This document shows, piece by piece, positions 19,852 through 28,650 of a stretch of 64,000 nucleotides of DNA. Both the position numbers and the translations under genes were made by a program. The stretch spans positions 1,824,001-1,888,000 of the forward strand of contig CAXXLF010000002.1 of assembly GCA_963664015.2 (NCBI GenBank), in the 5' to 3' direction. This DNA comes from Candidatus Binatia bacterium (GTDB lineage: Bacteria > Desulfobacterota > Binatia > UBA9968 > CAXXLF01). Below the pieces are notes generated by a model. That model was not told the DNA's origin, ran no database searches, and worked only from the letters and a program-made list of their open reading frames with translations. The first letter of the stretch is position 1. Each line of letters starts with the position of its first letter.

Positions 19852-21189
19852 CTATTGCCTTCCCGGCTTTTCCTCGATTTCCTCGTCAGGGTCAATCTTA
19901 TTGATGACGAGGCCGCTCAGGAGTTTGGGATAGAAGTAAGTCGACTTCTGCGGCATCTTCTCGCCACCCATGGCCACGGTCAGGACCTGTTCCGGCCGGG
20001 GTGGGTTCAAGACAAAGGCGGCCTGGACAGCTCCCTTTTCCACAGCGTTCAGGGCGTCCTCCGCGTCTTGATTATAAGTGAGGTTACCGTCTTGAAGCTG
20101 AGCCTCGGGGCTAACGCCCAGGATATTCTCGATGAATAGGTGGTGCAGGACGGATACGTCGAGTTCCAGAAGGGATGCACTCATATCCTTTCCCAAGCGC
20201 TGCATGCTCCTTTTATTTTTCAATCGAAGAATCAGATAACGGGGGTCGTTTTTAAAGGAAGCGCCGATGAGTTGGCGTTTTTTCCCTTCCTTGTGGAAGT
20301 CTTTGAGGAACGAGCGCCTGCCTTCCCTAGTCTTGGGGTACTGTTCCATGTTGAAGTGCGCGTGAAGTTTTTCCTCGAGCTGTAAGAACGGAATGCGTGG
20401 AAATTCCCGCAACATCCGGTGGGTCGGGAAAATGACCAGACCCTCTTCGGTCATGTTTGAAAAATACATCATGACATAGTTAAAGGCTTCCCGACCGGTC
20501 CCATGAGGACGCTCACCACGCAGGTGGTCACGATAACTCGTGGCCGCCTCGTAGCGGTGGTGGCCATCGGCGATGAGCAGAGGTTGGTCCGCCATTTGCC
20601 GTTGGATCAGACCGATCAACTCCTCGTCTGTGATCTCCCACATTGAGGTGGAGCCCTTGCCTTCGTCCTTGACCTGAATCGTCGTCGGGATGCCCTGAAC
20701 GTGTTCTTTCAGCAACTGGCTAATAGTCTGCTTGGGCTGGGAATAAAGGGAAAAGATAGGGCTCAAGTGGGCTCCACAGGCTTGCAGGACTTTGATGCGG
20801 TCATCCAGCGGAGCCTTGTGGGTCTTTTCATGGGGAAGGACACCCCCTGCGGAAGAATCTTCTATACGGACAAGTGCCATGAAGCCCAGTCGCTCTTTTT
20901 CCTCTCCGGTCTTCAATTTGAAACGTTGACTCAATAAATAAATCGCCGGTCGATCGCTACGGACCAAGATTCCATCGGCCTGCCACTGCTCGAAGATGCG
21001 GGCGGCCTCTTCGTAGGGGTTGGGTTCCCGGTTGAGGATCAACCGCACGACGTTCTGAGGGGATTTTCGATAGAGCCGGTCTTGTTCCTCCGGCGAGATC
21101 ACGTCGTAGGGCGGTGCGACGACCTTGGAAAAGTCACGTACCTTTTTGGGGTTATAAACAATGCTACGAAACGGGGCGATGCGTACCAT
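19852..21189 (-). CDS. DUF1015 family protein
   Basis: VAPPYDVIS, PHEKT, IADGHHRYE, MPQKSTYFYPK. Confidence 0.9.
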   Translation of the reverse strand: MVRIAPFRSIVYNPKKVRDFSKVVAPPYDVISPEEQDRLYRKSPQNVVRLILNREPNPYEEAARIFEQWQADGILVRSDRPAIYLLSQRFKLKTGEEKERLGFMALVRIEDSSAGGVLPHEKTHKAPLDDRIKVLQACGAHLSPIFSLYSQPKQTISQLLKEHVQGIPTTIQVKDEGKGSTSMWEITDEELIGLIQRQMADQPLLIADGHHRYEAATSYRDHLRGERPHGTGREAFNYVMMYFSNMTEEGLVIFPTHRMLREFPRIPFLQLEEKLHAHFNMEQYPKTREGRRSFLKDFHKEGKKRQLIGASFKNDPRYLILRLKNKRSMQRLGKDMSASLLELDVSVLHHLFIENILGVSPEAQLQDGNLTYNQDAEDALNAVEKGAVQAAFVLNPPRPEQVLTVAMGGEKMPQKSTYFYPKLLSGLVINKIDPDEEIEEKPGRQ

Positions 21190-21259
21190 TTTAGATCCTT
21201 ACCGATAGAACGTTCAACAAAAATACTTCAACAAAGTCCTTCGCGTCAAGGCGACTGCG

Positions 21260-21495
21260 AATTAAAATCCGAATTCCGAAGCTCAGAATCTGAAACAAAC
21301 CAAAAACCTCAAATCCAAAAATCAAATTCCAAAACGATCTGGGAAAAAATCCGAAATCCTAATATCGAAATAGGAAACAGTTTCAAAATCTCAATTCTCA
21401 AAATCCAAACCCTTCCAATGAGAGTTTCTCCTACGTTTTTAAATGTTTTGAAATTAGTATTTTGAGTTTTCCCTTTTTGTTTCGAATTTATAATT
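21260..21495. repeat. Degenerate AAATCCG/AAATTCG heptamer-repeat arms with a complementary T-rich arm
   Basis: AAAATCCGAATTCCGAAGCTCAGAATCTGAAACAAA and AAATCCGAAATCCTAATATCGAAAT; opposite arm TTTGTTTCGAATTT. Confidence 0.7.
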
Positions 21496-22143
21496 TTACT
21501 GGCTTGCTATGAACTTGTCCAACTCCTCTGAGCTGATTTCACCTTCCCGGATAATCTTGAAGCGGTCCTGTTGCATGTCCAGTACCGTGGAACCTTTTGG
21601 ACCTTTGAGCTCCCCACCGTCGAGGAAGTATTTGATTGCTGCCCCAAAATAACCGCGGGCCTGTGCCACCGTTTTGGCCGATTCGGCTCCGGAGGGATTG
21701 GCGCTGGTGGCGGTTATGGGAGATCCCAAGCCTTGAACCAAAGCGGCCGCTACCGGATGGCTGGAAACCCTGATTCCCACTCCCCCCTCGGGGTTGCAGA
21801 GCAGCCGGGTCAGCCCCTTATTGGCAGTCAAGACGAGAGTCAAGGGTCCCGGCCAAAAACGCCGGATCAGTTTTTTAGCCCGCGGAGGGACTTCGCTCAC
21901 AACCTGTTTGAGCATGGTACTATCGGCAACAATCAACGCGATGGGTTGATTGTGATCTCGCCCTTTTAGGGAGGCGACACGTTGAACCGCGGATTCATTC
22001 AAGGCATCGGCGGCCAGTCCATAGAAAGTCTCCGTGGGAAAAACAACCACCTCACCGGTACGCAATGCCTCCAGGGCACGGGCCAAGTGGGGACCGTTAT
22101 TTTCTTCTCTGGCTTTGGAGCTTGCGATTTTTTTCCTCGACAC
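21496..22143 (-). CDS. tsaC: L-threonylcarbamoyladenylate synthase (TsaC/Sua5 YrdC domain)
   Basis: VFPTETFYGL, KGR, FWPGPLTLV, ITATSANPSG. Confidence 0.93.
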   Translation of the reverse strand: MSRKKIASSKAREENNGPHLARALEALRTGEVVVFPTETFYGLAADALNESAVQRVASLKGRDHNQPIALIVADSTMLKQVVSEVPPRAKKLIRRFWPGPLTLVLTANKGLTRLLCNPEGGVGIRVSSHPVAAALVQGLGSPITATSANPSGAESAKTVAQARGYFGAAIKYFLDGGELKGPKGSTVLDMQQDRFKIIREGEISSEELDKFIASQ

Positions 22144-22618
22144 TCGCGGCCAACTCCTCTTTCAGTTGAGCCAACTTGGCAGCGATTTCAGGATCCTTAC
22201 GGGCCACGATCTGTGCTGCGAAGATCCCCGCGTTGGCGGCTCCGGCCTTGCCGATGGCCATGGTTGCCACCGGTACACCGGCCGGCATCTGAACGGTGGC
22301 CAGTAAGGCATCCATTCCCTTTAAAGCGGAGGAGTCGATGGGGACACCAATCACGGGAAGCGTAGTCTTCGCGGCCACCACCCCAGCCAGGTGAGCTGCG
22401 GCCCCGGCGCCAACGATGATCACTTCCAGACCCCTCTGTTCCGCTGATCCCGAGTACTCCATGGTTTGCACAGGAGACCGGTGCGCCGAAAGAATTCGGG
22501 TCTCGTAGGGTATCGCAAATTTGTCTAGCCTATTCTCCGCCTCACGCATGACCGGGTAATCGGAGTCGCTACCCATTAAAATCCCCACCTTAGGTTTCGT
22601 TGAGGTGTTTCCGTTCAC
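22097..22618 (-). CDS. purE: N5-CAIR mutase PurE
   Basis: MGSDSD, SAHRSP, AGAAAHLAG, VQMPAGVPVAT. Confidence 0.97.
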   Translation of the reverse strand: MNGNTSTKPKVGILMGSDSDYPVMREAENRLDKFAIPYETRILSAHRSPVQTMEYSGSAEQRGLEVIIVGAGAAAHLAGVVAAKTTLPVIGVPIDSSALKGMDALLATVQMPAGVPVATMAIGKAGAANAGIFAAQIVARKDPEIAAKLAQLKEELAASVEEKNRKLQSQRRK

Positions 22619-22633
22619 TTGACCGATCCTCCT

Positions 22634-23908
22634 TTATGACGCAGGGGATAGGGCTCGATAGGCGATATCCCTGCGGTAGTGGACGCCTTGCCAACTGATC
22701 TTACCCACGGCACGATAAACCTCTTTGACAGCCTGTTCGATACTGCCTCCCAGGGCGGTCACTCCCAGTACCCTGCCGCCTGAGGTCAACCAGCGACCTT
22801 CCTTTTTCTCCGTTCCCGAGTGGAAGACAAACCCTTTATCCCAACTGCTCAAGCTTTCCAACCCCCGGATTTCTCTTCCCTTGTCATAAGGGCCCGGATA
22901 TCCCTGAGCACAGAGGACAACGCAGACGGAGGAGCCTTCATGCCACTCAGGTTTGACCCGGTCGAGTCCCCCATCAATGGTGGCTTCGAGTAGAGGTAGC
23001 AGGTCTCCCTTGAGGCGCATCATCAGCGGCTGGCATTCGGGATCGCCGAACCTGGCATTGAATTCTAGTACCTTGGGCCCATCGCTGGTAATCATGAGGC
23101 CCAGGTAAAGCACCCCTCGATAACAGACCCCTCTTTTTTTCAGACCCGCGAGGACGGGTATGAGAATGGTCTCCTCGATTTCCCGCTGCATCTGCGGACT
23201 GACCACGGGGGCAGGAGAATAAGCACCCATCCCGCCCGTATTGGGGCCTCCATCCCCGTCGAAAACCGCCTTGTGGTCTTGGGAGGAGGCCAGGGAAAGA
23301 AAATGTTCGCCGTCGGTCAGGGCCATGAAAGAGGTCTCTTCGCCGGTTAAAAATTCTTCGATGACCACTCGTTGCCCTGCTGGCCCAAAGGCCTGTTCGA
23401 CCATGATTTCGTCGACGGCCTTTTCCGCTTCCTGGGCAGTGAAGCACAAGCGGACTCCCTTACCAGCGGCCAGGCCGTCGGCCTTGACCACGCAGGGGTG
23501 TGTCTCGGCGGCATACGCCTGTGCGGCCTTGGGATCGATAAAGGTGGCGAAGGCGGCCGTAGGGATGCCGTTTTCGGCCATGATCTCCTTGGCAAAGCCC
23601 TTACTCCCCTCCAACTGGGCGGCTTCGAGATTTGGGCCAAAGACTCTGAGTCCACGAGCTTCAAATTGATTTGTAATTCCTAAAGTCAATGGGATCTCAG
23701 GCCCGACCACGGTCAGGTCGATTTGTTTCGTTACGGCAAATTCAACCAGCTTGTCGATCTCGCCGGCCTGAATCGGGACCAACTCTGCCAACTGGCCGAT
23801 GCCCCCATTGCCCGGGGCGCAATAGAGCTTGTCCGTCCTCGGGCTTTGCCTGAGTTTCCATCCCAGCGCGTGTTCCCTTCCTCCGCTGCCGATGAGCAGT
23901 ATTTTCAT
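22634..23908 (-). CDS. purD: Phosphoribosylamine--glycine ligase
   Basis: GSGGREHA, KADGLAAGKGV, QDHK...GPNTGGMG, EFNARFGDPE. Confidence 0.98.
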   Translation of the reverse strand: MKILLIGSGGREHALGWKLRQSPRTDKLYCAPGNGGIGQLAELVPIQAGEIDKLVEFAVTKQIDLTVVGPEIPLTLGITNQFEARGLRVFGPNLEAAQLEGSKGFAKEIMAENGIPTAAFATFIDPKAAQAYAAETHPCVVKADGLAAGKGVRLCFTAQEAEKAVDEIMVEQAFGPAGQRVVIEEFLTGEETSFMALTDGEHFLSLASSQDHKAVFDGDGGPNTGGMGAYSPAPVVSPQMQREIEETILIPVLAGLKKRGVCYRGVLYLGLMITSDGPKVLEFNARFGDPECQPLMMRLKGDLLPLLEATIDGGLDRVKPEWHEGSSVCVVLCAQGYPGPYDKGREIRGLESLSSWDKGFVFHSGTEKKEGRWLTSGGRVLGVTALGGSIEQAVKEVYRAVGKISWQGVHYRRDIAYRALSPAS

Positions 23909-24068
23909 AGTTTATGAGCCAGAAGGTTGAGAGGCCGCGACGTATAGAGACCGGACAACATTTCTGGATTCCGATCTTGGATCGTTTTGTCTTTCACTCA
24001 TCACTTCGTCGACATATGGCGCTTGAATCGACCTGTCCCTCGCCGGTCGCTGAAATAGTTTGTTCCCA

Positions 24069-24150
24069 AGCTGCTCAAAAAAATCTCAGACGCGAGTCAC
24101 GTGATCGATTAACAAGCGCAACGAAGCCTGTGAGCTCTTTTTCAGTAGCC
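24069..24150. mobile_element. Degenerate MITE-like remnant between purH and purD
   Basis: AGCTGCTCAAAAAAATCTCA versus reverse complement of right end GGCTACTGAAAAAGAGCTCA; ends resemble those of 1877-2013. Confidence 0.45.
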
Positions 24151-24152
24151 AA

Positions 24153-25727
24153 TTAGTGTCTGAAATGTCGGATACCGGTAAAAATCATGGCGATCCCATG
24201 TTCATTGGCTGCCGCGATGATGTCTTGATCCTTAATCGAGCCGCCTGGTTGAATGATAGCCTTAGCTCCGGCTTTGGCGGCTTCGTCTACCCCGTCACGG
24301 AAGGGATAAAAGGCGTCGGAGCCCACCGCCGATCCTCTTAGATCGAGGCCGTTGCCATGAGCGCGCATGACTGCGAGCTTGGATGAATCGACTCGGCTCA
24401 TCTGCCCCGCGCCGACCCCTAACAGCTGATCCCGTGCGGTAAAAACAATGGCGTTGGACTTTACGTGATGGCAAACGCGCCAGGCGAAATTCAGGGCATC
24501 ATACTCTTCCTCCGTGGGCTTGCGCTCGGTGGGCACCTTGCAATTTCTAACGTCCAGTGGCGCCTCGTCCCAATTCTGTACCAGCAGGCCGCCGTGCACT
24601 CGTCTGAGATCATAACTGGTCTCTTTTTTTGGAGTCATATCCATCTCCAGGAGACGGATGTTCAGCAAGCGCTTTGCCGAAGAGAGAATGGCCTTGGCCT
24701 CGGGAGTGAACGTGGGCGCGATGACGATCTCGAGAAAAATCTCCTTGAGTTCATTGGCGGTTTCCTCGTCCACCGGCCGGTTGAGTGCGATCACGCCTCC
24801 AAAGATCGAGACCGGATCAGATGCTTTGGCCTTGCGAAATGCGTCGGCCAAGGAATTTTTGGACAGCGCAAGCCCGCAGGGGTTGGTATGCTTGATGGCC
24901 ACCGCTGTCGTCTCGGTAAACTCAAGTACGCAGCTCAGTGCCGCATCGGCATCCAGGATATTGTTGAAGGAAAGCTCCTTCCCCTGAATCTGTTTGGCCC
25001 GAGCGATGGAAGGAGCGTTGTCTCCCGGTGAGCTATAGAAAACGGCCTGCTGGTGCGGATTCTCACCGTAGCGCAGGTCTTGGATCTTGGTGAACTGGAG
25101 ATTCAAGTTTTGACTCCAGGGAGTGGGTTCCCGGTTACTGTCCAGGGAACTCAAGTAATTAGATATGGCGCCATCGTAGTGGGCGGTGTATTGAAACGCC
25201 GTGCACGCCAGGCGGAACTTGGTCTGGGGGGAGAGTTCTCCATTGTGCTCTTTCAGTTCAGCGGATACGGATTCGTAGTCCGTCGGGTCGACAATCACGG
25301 CGACATGGGCATGGTTTTTCGCCGCTGCCCGGAGCATGGACGGGCCTCCGATGTCGATATTTTCTACAATCTCATCGAATGGAGCCTTTCGCGCTACCGT
25401 AGCTTCGAAAGGATAGAGGTTAACTACGACCAAATCGATGGGAACAATACCGTGCTCCTTCATCTGGGCCTGGTGTGTCGGGTTGTCCCTGACGGCGAGT
25501 ATCCCTCCGTGGATCCTGGGCTGAAGCGTCTTGACGCGGCCATCCATAATTTCAGGAAACCCGGTCAATTCGGAGACTTCCTTGACTTGGATCTGATTTT
25601 TTCTGAGTAGCTCTGCCGTTCCGCCGGTAGATAGGATCTCGATGCCGAGTCCCGATAGGTTGCGAGCCAATTCGATAATCCCGGTTTTGTCGGACACACT
25701 AATAAGAGCCCGTTGAATCTTACCCAC
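24153..25727 (-). CDS. purH: Bifunctional AICAR transformylase/IMP cyclohydrolase
   Basis: RALISVSDKTG, STGGT, IDIGGPSM, LRYGENPHQ, GAGQMSRVDS, IQPGGS, RHFRH. Confidence 0.98.
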   Translation of the reverse strand: MGKIQRALISVSDKTGIIELARNLSGLGIEILSTGGTAELLRKNQIQVKEVSELTGFPEIMDGRVKTLQPRIHGGILAVRDNPTHQAQMKEHGIVPIDLVVVNLYPFEATVARKAPFDEIVENIDIGGPSMLRAAAKNHAHVAVIVDPTDYESVSAELKEHNGELSPQTKFRLACTAFQYTAHYDGAISNYLSSLDSNREPTPWSQNLNLQFTKIQDLRYGENPHQQAVFYSSPGDNAPSIARAKQIQGKELSFNNILDADAALSCVLEFTETTAVAIKHTNPCGLALSKNSLADAFRKAKASDPVSIFGGVIALNRPVDEETANELKEIFLEIVIAPTFTPEAKAILSSAKRLLNIRLLEMDMTPKKETSYDLRRVHGGLLVQNWDEAPLDVRNCKVPTERKPTEEEYDALNFAWRVCHHVKSNAIVFTARDQLLGVGAGQMSRVDSSKLAVMRAHGNGLDLRGSAVGSDAFYPFRDGVDEAAKAGAKAIIQPGGSIKDQDIIAAANEHGIAMIFTGIRHFRH

Positions 25728-25744
25728 GGTCTACGTTTTCCCCT

Positions 25745-26875
25745 TTAGGTTTTATGAAAACGAGGAACTCTTGAGGTGATGGATGTCAGAATCTCGTAGG
25801 AAATGGTGTTCGCCCAGCCGGCCATCTCTTCCGCTGAAATGACCGCCTCCTTCTGCTTCCCGAGGAGGACCACCTCGTCTCCCTGTTTCACTCCGCCTAT
25901 ATCGGTAACATCCACCATTGTCAAATCCATGCATACCCTGCCGATCACCGGTGCCCGTTGACCACGAACCAATACGGCACCGCAGTTCGAAAGCAGGCGT
26001 TTGTAACCGTCAGCGTAGCCCACCGGGAGTGTCGCCACGAGGGTCTCCCTCCGGGTCGTGAAGGTCTGTCCATAGCTGATACTCGTACCTTGAGGTACCC
26101 GTTTGACTTGCTGGATATGTGTCTTCCATGTCAATGCAGGTTTGAGGGAGGCCTCCTTTACCATGGGTTGGGAGGGATAATAGCCGTAGAGCATTAGTCC
26201 CGGCCGCACCATATTGAAATGGGCCGGGCGAAGGGTCATGACCCCGGCGCTGTTTGCCAGGTGGGCGAGTGATGGACTGTGTCCCTGGTTTTGAAGCCTA
26301 TGAAGGATAGCTTTAAAAGACTCTAGCTGTTTGAGGGTGTAGTCTTGCAGGACGCTTTCGGCTTTTGAAAAATGAGACATGAGCCCCTCGAACCTGAGTC
26401 GCTTCAGCCTTCCCAAGTCCCGCAACATGGAATCCATTTGCTCCGCAGGGAATCCGATGCGCCCCATCCCCGTATCGACCTTCAGATGAAAGTTCAAATG
26501 GATCCGGCGTCGTTGGGCTAGCCTCTCAAGACTCTTGAGAGTCATGGAATCCCCAATTACCGGTGTCAAGCGATACCGTACGAGATCACCCGCCTGATCG
26601 GGGCGGACTCCCGTAAGAACGAGAACAGAAGACTTGACCCCAGCCTTTCTAAGCTCGATTCCTTCCTCGACCGTTGCCGTACCAAAAAAGTCGCACCCTG
26701 ATTGTTCCAAAGCCCTTGCCACTTGTGGGGCCCCATGGCCATAGGCATCCGCCTTGACAACGGATAGGATCTTGACGTGGGAGGCGATTTTCTTTTTGAC
26801 CTGGCGGAAGTTCCAGCGAATGGCATTCAGATCCACCAGACAGTAGGTCGGGCGGCCTTTAGGAAAAACACTCAT
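25745..26875 (-). CDS. alr: Alanine racemase
   Basis: VVKADAYGHG, HLKVDTGMGRIG, GYADG, GRVCMD, TISYE. Start may be at 26911. Confidence 0.97.
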   Translation of the reverse strand: MSVFPKGRPTYCLVDLNAIRWNFRQVKKKIASHVKILSVVKADAYGHGAPQVARALEQSGCDFFGTATVEEGIELRKAGVKSSVLVLTGVRPDQAGDLVRYRLTPVIGDSMTLKSLERLAQRRRIHLNFHLKVDTGMGRIGFPAEQMDSMLRDLGRLKRLRFEGLMSHFSKAESVLQDYTLKQLESFKAILHRLQNQGHSPSLAHLANSAGVMTLRPAHFNMVRPGLMLYGYYPSQPMVKEASLKPALTWKTHIQQVKRVPQGTSISYGQTFTTRRETLVATLPVGYADGYKRLLSNCGAVLVRGQRAPVIGRVCMDLTMVDVTDIGGVKQGDEVVLLGKQKEAVISAEEMAGWANTISYEILTSITSRVPRFHKT

Positions 26876-27371
26876 TTGAAATAGGTGAAAGAGGGTGGGA
26901 GACCGGTTCAATCACCAGATAACCGGATAACAAATCTCAATCCGGTTGTAAAGGACGCATGGAATTCAATCGGCCAATTGTACCCTTTCGTCTCCCGGTG
27001 GTATGGGCCCAGTTCCAGTGCCTGGCCCAGGGCGCGGCCGTCGTAGCAAAAAAGTCCTGAAGACATTCCATGGATACTGTCTCAAGTGGTGAAGGACCCG
27101 TGACCACGCTTCAATGTGGGGTCAGAAAAGTGGAGTTCCTCCTGTTATTTTACGGTATAGACCACGGCTGTTTCGAGTTGACTTCACACGTTGAATTCGG
27201 ATAGTCTCTGTGCCTTGATAAGAAACTTAGGTGGTCACATAGGCCAGTGTGGTTTCACATGGGGTATCGAGAGGTCTCGTAAAGCCAGGTGTTCGTTGGA
27301 AGAGCATTCCAAAAAAGAGAGTTTCGCTCGCGATAGATAGTCATATACCAAAACTATTGATTGGAGGATGT

Positions 27372-28433
27372 ATGAAGCACAGAAAAGTTCACAAAACAGC
27401 CAAGGCCATTCTGGCACTATCCTGCTTTATGTTTGCAATGGCTTTAATTGCAGGTCCAAAGGAAGCCACCGCTGCTCCGTACTTTAAGGGCAAAACAATA
27501 ACCATCGTTGTCGGATACGGGGCCGGAGGTGGATTCGATATCATGGCGCGACTCTTTGCCCGTCACATGCCACGTTTTATAGAGGGGAAGCCCCGATTCA
27601 TTGTGCAGAACAAGCCCGGCGCAGGAGGGCTTATCACGGCCAACTGGGTTTACGGAAAACAGCCCGGGGACGGGCGCACCATCGCGATGTTTCATTATTC
27701 CTTTGTCACGCAAGCGCTCATGGGCGACCCAACGGTCAAGTTTGACCCGCTGAAGTACATCTGGTTTGACGAGCCTACCATTGGGACTCTTCCTCGGGTG
27801 GTCTTTCTCAGAAGCAGTCTGGGTATCCGTACGCTTGAGGACTTAATGAATTCCAAGAAACCTTTCGCCATGGGTGAAACCGGTAGAGGAACGGGGTCAG
27901 CCGTAGCCACCGAATTTCTCAAGAGTGTTGGTGTTCCGCTCACGAATATTCTTGGTTACGGGGGGTCGGCGGATACCTTTGCAGCTATAGAGCGCGGTGA
28001 GGTCGATGGACGGGTTACGTCACAGGAAAGCGCCATCACAAGATACAAGCGCTTTCTCGATGATGATATCATTCGGCCGATTCTAGCTATGGGCAGCGAC
28101 TCGAGGCTCAAACCTTTTCCCGGTGTAGCCACCCTCGACGACCTGAAGCTCGACCCCAAGCAGAAGAGGATGGCCAAGTTTTTAACGCGAACATGGAGCC
28201 GTCTGCGTATGTTTGCACTGCCCCCAGGGACACCCCCGGATAGGGTTAAAATGCTCCGTGACGCGTTCCGGGCGACGCTTACGGACGAGAAATTTCTCAA
28301 AGAGGCCAAAAAACAGCGGATGATCATTGCTCCGGCTCCCTGGCAGGACATCGTAGCGGACATCAAGGGCCTAGCGGAAGCTCCACCGGAAGTCGTCAAG
28401 GGGTATCGGAAGCTTCTCGGTCTAAAAAACTAA
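27372..28433 (+). CDS. tctC: Tripartite tricarboxylate transporter substrate-binding protein (TctC/Bug)
   Basis: Signal peptide, GYGAGGGFDIMAR, VQNKPGAGG, GYGG...RGEVDG, PPGTP; RBS GGAGG. Confidence 0.9.
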   Translation: MKHRKVHKTAKAILALSCFMFAMALIAGPKEATAAPYFKGKTITIVVGYGAGGGFDIMARLFARHMPRFIEGKPRFIVQNKPGAGGLITANWVYGKQPGDGRTIAMFHYSFVTQALMGDPTVKFDPLKYIWFDEPTIGTLPRVVFLRSSLGIRTLEDLMNSKKPFAMGETGRGTGSAVATEFLKSVGVPLTNILGYGGSADTFAAIERGEVDGRVTSQESAITRYKRFLDDDIIRPILAMGSDSRLKPFPGVATLDDLKLDPKQKRMAKFLTRTWSRLRMFALPPGTPPDRVKMLRDAFRATLTDEKFLKEAKKQRMIIAPAPWQDIVADIKGLAEAPPEVVKGYRKLLGLKN

Positions 28434-28443
28434 AAGGCAACTC

Positions 28444-28490
28444 GGAAACGTCCGGCACAGTGCATGCCACAAGCTGTGCCGGACGTTTCC
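28444..28490. terminator. Perfect 17-bp inverted repeat after tctC (terminator or mRNA stabiliser)
   Basis: GGAAACGTCCGGCACAG-13 nt-CTGTGCCGGACGTTTCC. Confidence 0.75.
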
Positions 28491-28650
28491 AATTACAGAG
28501 TTGCTGTTGGGAGTCGCTGAATTCTTCAGTTTGTCAATTTGGGCCTCACCGGTCCAAAACTATTCCATCGGGGCGAACCCGCTGTTTGTCTTGACGGAGT
28601 TTGTATTTATTTGATGCGATTTCCTGATCTTAGTTCCGCAGGGGCCCTCC

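Noticed and set aside
26912-27371. Riboswitch or ncRNA in the long alr-tctC spacer
   Set aside because: No recognisable conserved aptamer motif by eye; an Rfam/Infernal scan would be needed.
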